Origin: Pseudomonadota bacterium
GTDB taxonomy: Bacteria; Pseudomonadota; Alphaproteobacteria; Paracaedibacterales; CAIOTO01
Length of the DNA stretch: 64,000 bases
Assembly: GCA_040389165.1 (NCBI GenBank)
Contig: JAZKAK010000048.1
Span: forward strand, 4,022-68,021
Direction of reading: 5' to 3'
Shown: one piece after another, positions 37,691 through 47,374 of the stretch
How the letters are laid out: each line of letters starts with the position of its first letter
Numbering within the stretch: position 1 is the stretch's first letter
Program-made: the position numbers and the translations under genes
The notes under the pieces: model-generated
Database searches by the model: none
The model's input: only the letters and a program-made list of their open reading frames with translations
What the model was told of the DNA's origin: nothing

Positions 37691-39853
37691 ATGAACGTAA
37701 GCTCTTTTAAGTGTACACATACGAAATTAAATAAAGCAGTATTGATGTTAAGCGCGGGATTGCTGCTTGGCGCGGGAGAGGGGGAGGCAAGTACGACGTA
37801 TCCATCGCTGACCTTCTCTGTTGACTCACCAAGTTTGCCTGGCAATACAGGGGTTTATTATGCAGTGCGTGCGTTTCAGGTGTCAACTACTAATACATAT
37901 TGCTTTACTCTTTCAGGAGCTTCAAATTTAGATAATATTAGTAGTGCAAATATAAATATATACAGTGGATCTTTTGATCCATTGTATCCCAATTCAAATA
38001 TATCTAGCAGCGGATTGAGTTCTGGAGACAGTGCTACGTTGTCTTCGGGACCACGTTATTATGCTGTTTATGAAAGTTATGCAGATACATATACTTTGGC
38101 AATTTCACCTGCTATCACATTGTTCAGTACGAGTGATTTGGCAGGCGCGTCTTATAGTGGTGATTTAAAAATAAAAGGAAATATAATTAGTACGGGAAGC
38201 ACTGCTTCAGTTACTGCCAGCAGCACTTCATCAAATGGTCAGTCATATGTATATGCAATGAATAATACTATTGTTAATTTTACAAAAATGAGTTCATACA
38301 ATCTGACACTTTATGGACAAAATAGTTACGCAGGCTCAACTACGATAAGTGCGGGTACCTTAAGTCTTGCAAACAGCAGCATTCCATCAACCAGTCAGAT
38401 TAATATGTCTGGTGGTATATTAGGTGCAGCAGCAAGTTTTACATTGCCAAATGCAATCGTTCTGAATAATGCCTCGAACACAATTGATTCTCAAGGGCAG
38501 AACTTAGTCTTAAGTGGAAATATTACTGGAAATTATGGACTCATAGTACAAGATAGTGTTGGTAGTAGCGTTGGATCAGTATCGTTAACGGGCACAAATT
38601 CATATTCTGGCACAACAACTGTTAATAGCGGCATACTTAGTTTGTCAAGTGCCCCTAACGCGAATCAAATTACATTTAATGGTGGTTCATTTCAAGCTGG
38701 CGGGACCTTTTCACTGAGTAATGCCATTAGTTTCTCATCAGCTACGAATTTTGATACAAATGGATATAATGTGACGCTAACAGGTGGAATTATTGGGTCA
38801 GGCGGCCTCACCAAAATTGGCGTAGGAGTCTTAACATTGGATAATTCAGTATCAGGGGGGGACACGCAAACAGGTATAATAACAGTTAATGCAGGTACAT
38901 TCGCTATAGGATCACAAGTTAATGATATATCAGATGATCCAAGCATATCTCTTGGTGGCGGTACATTTAGAAGTACGGCATCTTTTAATTTAACAAAAAA
39001 TATAGGTCTCACAGGAAATAGTGCCATCGATCCATATGGCAATACGCTAACCTATACAGGAACAGTTTCTGGGTCAAATCAACTGGAAATTAATGATAGT
39101 GCGGGCTCTGCAGGTATATGTGATGTAACTGGTGGGACGTGTTCATTCACAGGCGGTCTTAAACTAACAAGTGGCATTTATAAAATTGATACGGTTGCCA
39201 AAATGGGAACAGGAACATCTGTTCTTAATGGTGGCACACTGCGGCTTACACAGAGCATTACATCTTCTGTGCCTGCTATTTCAGTAGCCGCGGCCAACAG
39301 TGTGATTAATACCGGTTCCTATACGTTAAATTTGGGCACGGTAACGGCTACAGCGTCATCAAATCAAATTGAAATTACTGGCGGTGGCCTGTTGGACATG
39401 ACGAATGCAACAACGAGTAGTTTTATTGGTGGGATGAAAATTACAAATGGGACGATGTTGATAAATGCAGCGTATGCAGGGACGGGCGGTATGACATTAA
39501 ATGGAGGAACTCTTAAGCTTGCGGCAAGTGTTTCATCATTTCCAGCAATTGCAATTTCGAATAATAGCACGATTGATACAAACGGTAGTGGGTATACATT
39601 AACCGTTAGTGGAGGCGCGCTCACAGGTACGTCAGGGAAACTATTGACAATCGCTGGCGGTGGTACCATGGCATTAACATCGTCATCGGTAAGTGCGCTT
39701 GCTGGGGCAGGGGTCAGTGTTACTGCGAATAGTACACTTAGCGCATCAAATATAACGAATCAATTGAGTGGTGCCGCTTATCTACAACTTGCTGCCGGAA
39801 CAACATTGAAAGTGACGGGGAGTGGGACATTACCGTGCGGTTTGGTTCTATAG
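37691..39853 (+). CDS. autotransporter-passenger-like repeat protein lacking a beta-barrel domain
   Basis: Signal-like LNKAVLMLSAGLLLGAGEGEA. Repeated autotransporter-associated beta-strand-type units (NSYAGSTTISAGTLSLANSS, NSYSGTTTVNSGILSLSS, GLTKIGVGVLTLDN, GTLRLTQS, GTLKLAAS). It ends ...GSGTLPCGLVL*, 32 nt before the convergent fabH stop, with no barrel region. Confidence 0.7.
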   Translation: MNVSSFKCTHTKLNKAVLMLSAGLLLGAGEGEASTTYPSLTFSVDSPSLPGNTGVYYAVRAFQVSTTNTYCFTLSGASNLDNISSANINIYSGSFDPLYPNSNISSSGLSSGDSATLSSGPRYYAVYESYADTYTLAISPAITLFSTSDLAGASYSGDLKIKGNIISTGSTASVTASSTSSNGQSYVYAMNNTIVNFTKMSSYNLTLYGQNSYAGSTTISAGTLSLANSSIPSTSQINMSGGILGAAASFTLPNAIVLNNASNTIDSQGQNLVLSGNITGNYGLIVQDSVGSSVGSVSLTGTNSYSGTTTVNSGILSLSSAPNANQITFNGGSFQAGGTFSLSNAISFSSATNFDTNGYNVTLTGGIIGSGGLTKIGVGVLTLDNSVSGGDTQTGIITVNAGTFAIGSQVNDISDDPSISLGGGTFRSTASFNLTKNIGLTGNSAIDPYGNTLTYTGTVSGSNQLEINDSAGSAGICDVTGGTCSFTGGLKLTSGIYKIDTVAKMGTGTSVLNGGTLRLTQSITSSVPAISVAAANSVINTGSYTLNLGTVTATASSNQIEITGGGLLDMTNATTSSFIGGMKITNGTMLINAAYAGTGGMTLNGGTLKLAASVSSFPAIAISNNSTIDTNGSGYTLTVSGGALTGTSGKLLTIAGGGTMALTSSSVSALAGAGVSVTANSTLSASNITNQLSGAAYLQLAAGTTLKVTGSGTLPCGLVL

Positions 39854-39884
39854 TATTTCTTCAAGCAACAGCTATAGCTGTTTA

Positions 39885-40910
39885 CTACCAACGAATGATG
39901 CTTGATGCCCAAGTAAGACCGCCGCCCATGGCTTCGATAAGCACCAGCTGCCCAGGTTTAATGCGACCGTCGTTGACCGCTGCGCATAAAGCAAGTGGGA
40001 TGGATGCCGCCGACGTGTTGGCATGCTTATCGACGGTCATGACAACTTTTTCATGTGGTAAATGAAAATGGTCGATGACGCCTTTTATAATGCGTTCATT
40101 CGCTTGATGTGGAACAAACCAATCAATGTCCGTTACTTTTAAATTATTGGCGATCAAGGCTTTTTCAACGGCTTCACCAATTTTCTTGACAGCACTTTTG
40201 AATATCTCACGGCCGTGCATTACGACGGCACCACGCTTGCTTGGTGTCTCAATTGAATGATCAACGTAGAGTAAATCGTAGCCACTGCCATCAGAGTAAA
40301 GATGCGTCGATAATACGCCGCGTTTATGTGCGTTACGGAATTTTGTGTTATTGGTATTTGCGCTATGAAATGTTGCTGATGTGTCATCATCTGTTTCGAT
40401 TGCTGTTAATACGAGTGCGGCCGCGCCATCGCCGAACAAAACGCAGGTTCCACGATCATTCCAATCGATAAGGCGTGACATGGATTCAGCGCCAATCAAA
40501 AGGACTGTTTTTGCTTGGCCAGCTTTGATGAAATTGTCAGCCACAGCAAGCGCGTATACAAAGCCAGAGCAGACAGCTTGCACATCAAACGCAAATGCTT
40601 TATTCGCCCCAAGAAGGGCCTGCACACGTGTTGCTGTCGCAGGGAAACCATTGTCAGGCGTCGTCGTTGCAAGAACAATTGCATCCACACAGGAAGCATC
40701 AATACCAGCCATTTTAAGGGCGAGTGTTGCTGCATTTGCGGCCATAAATGCCGTTGTTTCCTCGGTGCTTGCCAAAAAACGTTGTGCTATGCCTGTGCGC
40801 TCGCGTATCCATTCATCGGAAGTATTAAGGTGTGCGGGCAGATCAGCATTTTTGACACAATTTTTAGGTAAATAATGACCTATACCAGCAACCATCGAGC
40901 GAAAAGACAT
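39885..40910 (-). CDS. fabH: 3-oxoacyl-ACP synthase III
   Basis: Catalytic contexts QAVCSGF (Cys), VPHQAN (His), HANTSAAS (Asn). Contains an extra ~25-aa polar segment (ETDDDTSATFHSANTNNTKFRNAHKRG). Confidence 0.9.
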   Translation of the reverse strand: MSFRSMVAGIGHYLPKNCVKNADLPAHLNTSDEWIRERTGIAQRFLASTEETTAFMAANAATLALKMAGIDASCVDAIVLATTTPDNGFPATATRVQALLGANKAFAFDVQAVCSGFVYALAVADNFIKAGQAKTVLLIGAESMSRLIDWNDRGTCVLFGDGAAALVLTAIETDDDTSATFHSANTNNTKFRNAHKRGVLSTHLYSDGSGYDLLYVDHSIETPSKRGAVVMHGREIFKSAVKKIGEAVEKALIANNLKVTDIDWFVPHQANERIIKGVIDHFHLPHEKVVMTVDKHANTSAASIPLALCAAVNDGRIKPGQLVLIEAMGGGLTWASSIIRW

Positions 40911-40925
40911 CTATTGTTGTTCCTA

Positions 40926-42035
40926 TTATAGTGACTCAGGTAAATTTTGTTCGGGGATATGTTTATTTAGCATATCTTTTTCATGTTGTGCCTGATCGAG
41001 TTTGATTTGTTCTTGCTGTGTTTGCAATAGCGTAAGTCTGGCTTGCACACTTTCAATAAAATTACTTTCAACCATATTGATGGCAACGCCAACTGCGTTT
41101 GCGAAACCAACAGCATCTGTGCCGCCATGGCTTTTGACCGCAATGTGACGTAGTCCAAGGAAAACGGCTCCGTTGTAGTAGCGCGCATCACTCACTTGTT
41201 TTACACGATCAAAAGCAGGTTTAGCAATGAGATAGCCAAGTTTTCCACGCCAAGACGCAGACATGCATTCCTGCAAAAGATCCCGAACAAAACGCGTTGT
41301 ACCTTCAATTGCTTTAAGCGCAATATTACCTGAAAAGCCATCGGTGACGACAACGTCTGTTGTGCCGGCCATAATATCATTGCCTTCTACGAAGCCGTGG
41401 AAGTTGAAATTAGCCATGCCGCGTAGAATTTGAAAAGCTTCTTGTACGCCTGCGTGACCTTTTACTTCTTCTGATCCCACGTTAAGTAACCCAACGGTCG
41501 GGCGATCAATGTTAAAAACCTTTGCAGCAAACGCTTCGCCCATAAGGGCAAACTGGACAAGGTTAATGGGTGAACATTCAATATTGGCACCCAAATCAAG
41601 CACAATCGTGCGACCATGTCTGTTGGTCGTAGGCATAATGGCAGGAATTGCAGGACGATTAATGCCATCAAGGGTCTTTAGGATAACTTTGGACAAAGCC
41701 ATATAGGCGCCCGTATTACCTGCAGATACAACCGCGTGCGCACGACCATCCCGTACAGCATCAATTGCCATTCCTAGATTGGACTTTCGGCCACTTCGGA
41801 CAGCAACAGCTGGTTTTGTGTAATTTGTAACAATTACATCTGTATGAATGACTTCACTGCATGCTTTTAGCAGCGGCGCTTTTTCAAGCGCGCTGTGAAT
41901 CTGCGGAGCATCTCCATACAGCAAAAAACGCAAGCCTTTTACTTGCGTTTTCTTGAGTGCCAGTTCGGTGCCGGGGATAACCATGGATACACCAAGATCC
42001 CCGCCCATGGCATCAATTGCGAGTGTAAAAGACAT
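40926..42035 (-). CDS. plsX: phosphate acyltransferase PlsX
   Basis: IAIDAMGGD, SAGNTGA and GFSGNIALK blocks. 1-nt TAATG overlap with rpmF. Confidence 0.93.
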   Translation of the reverse strand: MSFTLAIDAMGGDLGVSMVIPGTELALKKTQVKGLRFLLYGDAPQIHSALEKAPLLKACSEVIHTDVIVTNYTKPAVAVRSGRKSNLGMAIDAVRDGRAHAVVSAGNTGAYMALSKVILKTLDGINRPAIPAIMPTTNRHGRTIVLDLGANIECSPINLVQFALMGEAFAAKVFNIDRPTVGLLNVGSEEVKGHAGVQEAFQILRGMANFNFHGFVEGNDIMAGTTDVVVTDGFSGNIALKAIEGTTRFVRDLLQECMSASWRGKLGYLIAKPAFDRVKQVSDARYYNGAVFLGLRHIAVKSHGGTDAVGFANAVGVAINMVESNFIESVQARLTLLQTQQEQIKLDQAQHEKDMLNKHIPEQNLPESL

Positions 42036-42232
42036 TAGCTCTCGTCAACAATAGAAGCCTTTAATTTTAGCACCTGACGGCCATTGTAATGACCACAGCT
42101 TTGGCACACATGGTGTGGAAGCTTGCGTGCACCGCAGTTTGGGCACTCTGTTGTGTTGATTGCGGCCAGGTGGTGATGTGAGCGTCGCATGCCACGACGT
42201 GACACGGATGTCTTTTTCTTTGGAACTGCCAT
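42035..42232 (-). CDS. rpmF: 50S ribosomal protein L32
   Basis: [19 protein letters not shown]... with a CxxC...CxxC zinc-ribbon pattern (CPNCG...CQSCG). Confidence 0.93.
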   Translation of the reverse strand: MAVPKKKTSVSRRGMRRSHHHLAAINTTECPNCGARKLPHHVCQSCGHYNGRQVLKLKASIVDES

Positions 42233-42513
42233 GAATAACCTCTCTCATGAGTGAGAAAAAAATATAAAACTTAACTTCGGACAATACAGAATTTTATGGG
42301 AAAAATCAAGACTCTTGTTACTTGTTTTTTTGTTTAAGGCCTAATTAACCTTGCTGGCAAACCTTTGCTTTTAGCGAAGAACGCATAAAGTATGATAAAT
42401 TAGCACGGATTGCCTCAGCTATCCATTTTACGGGATGTAAAAAAGGGAGTAGCATCGATCATGCTTCTTGTCGTATAGTGTGTTTAGATTTTTATAGAAT
42501 AACAAAAAAATAT

Positions 42514-43284
42514 ATGCGCATTTTATTGTCTAATGACGATGGTATTAACGGTCACGGTCTTAAAGTTCTTGAGAAAATGGCACGTACTCTTTCGGATGAC
42601 GTGTGGATCGTCGCACCAGAATTGGACCAGAGTGGTTCAAGCCATTCCTTAACATTGCGTGACCCTTTGCGCATTCGTGAGGTTTCACCGAAAAAGTATG
42701 CTGTTTCCGGCACGCCAACAGATTGTGTGATGCTTGCTGTGTCACATCTTATGAAAGATAAACGGCCTGATCTGATTTTATCAGGAATTAATTATGGTGC
42801 CAATATGGCTGAAGATGTGACCTATTCGGGCACGATCGCTGCAGCGATGGAAGGTACGCTTTTGAATATTCGCTCTATTTCTTTGAGTGTTAACATATCG
42901 TATGGACATTCCGCTAAATGGGCGACAGTCGAGCACTATGGCCCGGAAGTTTTAGCGAAACTTTCATTATTACCATTCGATAAAAACATTTTGATTAATG
43001 TTAATTTCCCCGACGTAGTTGTTTCATCCGTCAAAGGGGTACGTATAACGACGCAAGGACATCGTAGTGGTGAAGATGCACTTATTGAATGTAAAGATCC
43101 TCGCGGAAAACCTTATTTTTGGATTGGCGCCGGTATGTATCGTTATACGCCTGATGCGCTTGCTCTGGAATCCGGAACGGATCTTGAGGCAATTCATGAT
43201 GGTTATATATCGATCACTCCATTAACGCTTAATTTAACACATGAAAAGACGCTTGGTAGCTTGAAAGGTGCCTTTGGACTATGA
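42514..43284 (+). CDS. surE: 5'/3'-nucleotidase SurE
   Basis: MRILLSNDDGI..., SGINYGANMAEDVTYSGTIAAAMEG. The start is set at the ATG at 42514. Confidence 0.92.
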   Translation: MRILLSNDDGINGHGLKVLEKMARTLSDDVWIVAPELDQSGSSHSLTLRDPLRIREVSPKKYAVSGTPTDCVMLAVSHLMKDKRPDLILSGINYGANMAEDVTYSGTIAAAMEGTLLNIRSISLSVNISYGHSAKWATVEHYGPEVLAKLSLLPFDKNILINVNFPDVVVSSVKGVRITTQGHRSGEDALIECKDPRGKPYFWIGAGMYRYTPDALALESGTDLEAIHDGYISITPLTLNLTHEKTLGSLKGAFGL

Positions 43285-44198
43285 AAATGTTTTCTTTAAA
43301 CGCAAAATTACTTGTTTCATTTGTGTTTTTAGCGTTGCTAACAGCATGTGGTGATCGTGAGAATGGTCCATCCGAAATTGTAAATGCGCGCGCTATATCG
43401 CCTTACTATTTTGTGAAAAAAGGGGAAACCTTAGCGGATGTGGCAGCGCATCATTCCATGAAAGAAGAAGAATTAATTGCGCTCAATGATTTGAAGGCTC
43501 CTTACACATTATTTGAACGCCAACGTATTTTAGTACGTGTTATTGGTAAGGGTAATAGTGATTATAACAAACCAGGCGGAGATGTTACGGTTAAAGAATT
43601 AGATGTTGACGATGTAAAAGATGCCGAAAAAGAGGAAGATAAAGACGGTGGAGGAGTTGATCCTTTGGCGCCCTCTGTAGATGGCTCGCTTGGTGATGCT
43701 GGAATTACTGATGGTGTAGATTCGGCTACTTCTGTTGTTAAAGATGGAGCGCCTAGTTTTGGTGCAAAGCATGCTGCGGCTAAAGGTACTGCAACGGCAA
43801 GTGCTGCCGCTGCGCCTGTTGCTTTTGATTGGCCAGTGAAAGGAAAAATATTAACCAATTTTGGTCAAAAAATGTCCGATGGAACGGTTAGCGATAGTTT
43901 GCAAATCTCTGCACCTGTTGGTACAAAAGTGAAGGCCGCTGCTGCTGGTAAAGTTCAAAAAGCCGGTGAGACAGTTCCTGGATTCGGAAAAATAGTTGTC
44001 GTTAAGCATAATGATGGAAAGTTATCGTTGTATGCTCACTTAAAAGAAGTATCTGCAAAACCCGGACAGAAAATTATTCAGGGTCAAGAGCTTGGTCGAG
44101 TTGGCACAAAGGGCAAAGAGCCAATGCTTCTTTTCCAAGTTCGAAAAATGGTTGGGAAGAAATTTATTGCAACGGATCCAGCAGAATTATTGCCATAA
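43281..44198 (+). CDS. LysM + degenerate LytM (M23) lipoprotein, NlpD-like
   Basis: Lipobox LLTACG. LysM YYFVKKGETLADVAAHHSMKEEELIALNDL. The C-terminal M23 fold has the catalytic His contexts replaced (SDSLQI for HxGIDI, MLLFQVRK for HLHFEIR). ATGA overlap with surE. Confidence 0.8.
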   Translation: MKMFSLNAKLLVSFVFLALLTACGDRENGPSEIVNARAISPYYFVKKGETLADVAAHHSMKEEELIALNDLKAPYTLFERQRILVRVIGKGNSDYNKPGGDVTVKELDVDDVKDAEKEEDKDGGGVDPLAPSVDGSLGDAGITDGVDSATSVVKDGAPSFGAKHAAAKGTATASAAAAPVAFDWPVKGKILTNFGQKMSDGTVSDSLQISAPVGTKVKAAAAGKVQKAGETVPGFGKIVVVKHNDGKLSLYAHLKEVSAKPGQKIIQGQELGRVGTKGKEPMLLFQVRKMVGKKFIATDPAELLP

Positions 44199-44226
44199 TC
44201 AATTTATAAAGAAATGGTATAGAGCT

Positions 44227-44270
44227 ATACCCATCGTGACATTTTTATGTGTGATGGGTATGCTTTTCTA
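44227..44270 (+). terminator. hairpin downstream of the nlpD-like gene
   Basis: ATACCCATC-(17 nt)-GATGGGTAT followed by GCTTTTCT. Confidence 0.4.
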
Positions 44271-44280
44271 CAGTTTTAAT

Positions 44281-44583
44281 TTAATTCGCAGTTGCCTGTT
44301 GTTCTTGTCCTGTTGAGATATGGTTAACATATTCAGGTTTTGGACTGGCTTCCATTACGCGTACCATTCGCCCTCCAACTTCCGTATCATTCAGTCCTAT
44401 TATTGCTTTTTGCGCTTCTTCCGACGTTTTCATTTCAACAAAACCAAAGCCTTTGCTACGTCCAGATGCACGATCCATAATAACCTTTGCTGATAAGACT
44501 GAGCCAAAATTAGTAAAGATCTCTTGCAACTCAGCATCGCGCATAGAAAATGATAAATTGCTAACGTATAATTTGTTATTCAT
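44281..44583 (-). CDS. RRM-type RNA-binding protein
   Basis: RNP-2 LYVSNL and RNP-1 KGFGFVEM motifs. 100 aa. Confidence 0.85.
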   Translation of the reverse strand: MNNKLYVSNLSFSMRDAELQEIFTNFGSVLSAKVIMDRASGRSKGFGFVEMKTSEEAQKAIIGLNDTEVGGRMVRVMEASPKPEYVNHISTGQEQQATAN

Positions 44584-44708
44584 AACTGCTCCTTAAATAA
44601 ATCAATGACTGTAACGTTCAAGGGTGTAAGTGCTTTTTGAGCGACCGTCATGGATAGAATAAGTCTGCAATGGTTAAAATCGAGTAAAGGCGTGGAAAAT
44701 AAATAAAG

Positions 44709-44726
44709 AAAATGTGCACACTGCGT
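44709..44726. repeat. solo family A terminal repeat
   Basis: AAAATGTGCACACTGCGT matches the reverse complement of ACGCAGTGTGCACGTTTT at 17/18 positions. No partner TIR was found within 150 bp. Confidence 0.5.
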
Positions 44727-44762
44727 TAGATGTGCCGTTTTCAAAAAGTTTTTAAAATGGTA

Positions 44763-45455
44763 TTAGCATATGCCGACTTCATTCCCCATAAGGCTTAGGC
44801 CATGATTCTCTTTAGATTGAGCTATTAGCAATTTTATTAATGCTTCAGACTCTTTGTCGCTGCATTTTTCCAGAAGTTCTAATGATTTTTCTAAACATGG
44901 ATATCCTACTCTCAAATCGAGTGAAAATGGATAGCAAATAATAACCTTTAAAAATGCTGCGGTATGTACTGAATGCACTTGGGGATTTATGCAATAATTT
45001 AAAATTGAATCGTTGCAAAGAGAGATTATATCTTTTTTATCCATGACAGAGCATAAACATTGAGAGTCAAGGAAAGGCCTTAGGATATGTGTTTTTTCAT
45101 TAATGTCCTCTATTGAATCAGAAGTTTTTATAGAAAGCTCGCTTAGTATCTCAAGGCCTATGCCTCGTAAGTGTGAAGCTTGCTTTGTTCGGAAATCAAT
45201 AGTTGCTGGAAGTTTGTTAAGCTCTTTCAATTCGGTGCTGTATACTAGAAATTTATGAGATAAATTACTGCTCATGCAAACCGGTACCACAGTAAGATTT
45301 CTGCTCATTGAATTTATTATAGGCACAAAATGATTTAAACTTGCTCTCATCATTGCTGATGCTGAATTTACACTGCAGGCAATAAGGGACATCCCAAAAA
45401 TGATTTTCTTACCATAACGCTTTAGGTTCGCTGTTTGATTGTTGCAACTTAACAT
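44763..45455 (-). CDS. hypothetical protein with signal-like N-terminus (orphan)
   Basis: 230-aa ORF. KIIFGMSLIACSVNSASA is signal-like. Cys-rich (about 11 Cys). No domain recognised. Confidence 0.4.
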   Translation of the reverse strand: MLSCNNQTANLKRYGKKIIFGMSLIACSVNSASAMMRASLNHFVPIINSMSRNLTVVPVCMSSNLSHKFLVYSTELKELNKLPATIDFRTKQASHLRGIGLEILSELSIKTSDSIEDINEKTHILRPFLDSQCLCSVMDKKDIISLCNDSILNYCINPQVHSVHTAAFLKVIICYPFSLDLRVGYPCLEKSLELLEKCSDKESEALIKLLIAQSKENHGLSLMGNEVGIC

Positions 45456-45613
45456 GTGTTATTTCCTGTCAAATGATTAAACTTTCAGGGTATTAGTAAT
45501 CTAATTTTATGGCAATTTCAATCAAATTATTCTAAAAAATGCGATCTTTGACCATCATGATTTTAACGAGTATATTGATTGAATTAGTATTTTTCATGTA
45601 TCGGAGTCATCTC

Positions 45614-47374
45614 ATGCCTACAAAACGCACATCGATTTCTGGCAAAACGTGGCTCTATAATGAACCAGACCCACGGCAGGTCATGACGCTGACACAGCGA
45701 TTCGGCGTTACCGATATATTGGCCCAGATTCTTGTGCATCGCGGTATTCCCATCGATCAAGTTGACGCCTATTTAAACCCAACAATGCGTCATTTTTTGC
45801 CTGAACCGAATCATCTAATTAATATGGAAAAAGCTGTTTTACGCACGATTACTGCAATTAAAGCGCATGAAACGATCGTAGTTTATGGTGATTACGATGT
45901 TGATGGTGCGACTTCGTCTGCACTGCTGCGGCGTTATTTCGATTCTATAGGCCACCCTATTAGTGTATATATTCCAGATCGCATTGACGAGGGGTACGGC
46001 GCGAATACTGAAGCACTTTTGATGCTTCGTGCAAAGCCAACTGATTTAATTCTCATGGTTGATTGTGGAACAACTGCGTTTGAGCCATTGAGAGCTGCCG
46101 CTGAGGCAGGACTTGCTGTTATTGTGCTTGATCACCACACAGCCGAGGCAACTCTGCCAATCACAGCGGCACTCGTGAACCCAAATCGTCTTGATCAAAC
46201 GACATTGCCGCGTGATGAAATGCGATTTTTGTGTGCAGCCGGTGTTGCGTATTTGTTTGTGGTAGCGCTTAATCGTGCCCTTCGAAATGATTGTTATTTT
46301 AATGATACGCCGGAGCCCGATTTGAAAGATTTGCTTGATCTTGTGGCGCTTGGCACCGTGTGTGACGTAATGCCGTTGATTGGATTAAATCGCGCTTTCG
46401 TTCGGCAAGGCTTAAAAGTGATGGCAAGACGTACGAATGTTGGTCTTAGTACGCTTAGCGATATTGCAAAAGTGAATGAAAAACCAAGTGCGTATCACCT
46501 TGGCTTTGCGTTAGGGCCGCGTGTGAATGCTGGGGGCCGCGTGGGCGATGCAATGCTCGGTAGTCATTTATTGTCGACAAATGATTCACTGCTTGCCAAG
46601 CAAATTGCCAGCCGGTTGGATGCGTATAATGAAGAACGTCAAGGAATTGAACGTTTGGTGTTGGCGCAAGCGCTAGAACAAGTCGAGCAAGAAAACCTCG
46701 ATCAACACCCGATTTTGCTGGTTCATAACGAAGGTTGGCACCCCGGCGTTATAGGTATCGTTGCAAGTCGTCTTAAAGAACGTTTCCATAAGCCAGCGTT
46801 GGTTGTTGCGTTTGATGCTGATATTGGCAAAGGATCAGGGCGATCTGTGCCCGGTGTTATTATGGGCGAAGCAATGATTAAGGCAGTTCAGTTGGGGTTG
46901 CTTGATAAAGGTGGGGGGCATGCGATGGCTGCAGGATTTACTGTTCTACGCGATCAATATAATGCATTCTATGATTTTTTGAATACAGAGCTCGGCGCGA
47001 AAGCAAAGTCATCTCTGCCAATACTTAATATTGATGGAATGATATCGGTTGGAGGGGCAACGCTTGCCTTAATTGAGGAACTGCAAAAGCTGGAACCCTT
47101 TGGAGCCGGCAATGCACAGCCACGCTTCATGATACAAAACGTGACAATGCCTTATGCCGAACCCATTGGTGATGGGTCACATTTCAGATGCCGTATTCAA
47201 GACGAGACAGGGGCTGGTGCAAAGCTGATGGCGTTTAGGGTGACGGGCACTCCAGTTGAATCTGCCTTAAAGCGCGCCAGGAAACAACCCTTTGATGTTG
47301 TTGTGACAATTAAGAACGATACATTCGGCGGGCGAAATTCTGTAACATTAATGCTCGAAGACATGGCATTTTAG
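45614..47374 (+). CDS. recJ: single-stranded-DNA-specific exonuclease RecJ
   Basis: DHH motifs (VYGDYDVDGATS, MVDCG, VLDHH) and DHHA1 GGGHAMAAG. The start is set at MPTKRT (45614); the track ORF starts at 45539. Confidence 0.92.
   Translation: MPTKRTSISGKTWLYNEPDPRQVMTLTQRFGVTDILAQILVHRGIPIDQVDAYLNPTMRHFLPEPNHLINMEKAVLRTITAIKAHETIVVYGDYDVDGATSSALLRRYFDSIGHPISVYIPDRIDEGYGANTEALLMLRAKPTDLILMVDCGTTAFEPLRAAAEAGLAVIVLDHHTAEATLPITAALVNPNRLDQTTLPRDEMRFLCAAGVAYLFVVALNRALRNDCYFNDTPEPDLKDLLDLVALGTVCDVMPLIGLNRAFVRQGLKVMARRTNVGLSTLSDIAKVNEKPSAYHLGFALGPRVNAGGRVGDAMLGSHLLSTNDSLLAKQIASRLDAYNEERQGIERLVLAQALEQVEQENLDQHPILLVHNEGWHPGVIGIVASRLKERFHKPALVVAFDADIGKGSGRSVPGVIMGEAMIKAVQLGLLDKGGGHAMAAGFTVLRDQYNAFYDFLNTELGAKAKSSLPILNIDGMISVGGATLALIEELQKLEPFGAGNAQPRFMIQNVTMPYAEPIGDGSHFRCRIQDETGAGAKLMAFRVTGTPVESALKRARKQPFDVVVTIKNDTFGGRNSVTLMLEDMAF

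Noticed and set aside
38692-39669. Minus-strand ORFs (116 and 101 aa) inside the passenger-like gene
   Set aside because: These are antisense frames of a G/T/S/N repeat gene. Pro/Val-rich shadow translation is typical of such repeats.
40241-40875. Plus-strand ORFs (76, 164 and 118 aa) inside fabH
   Set aside because: These are antisense shadow frames of fabH with no motifs.
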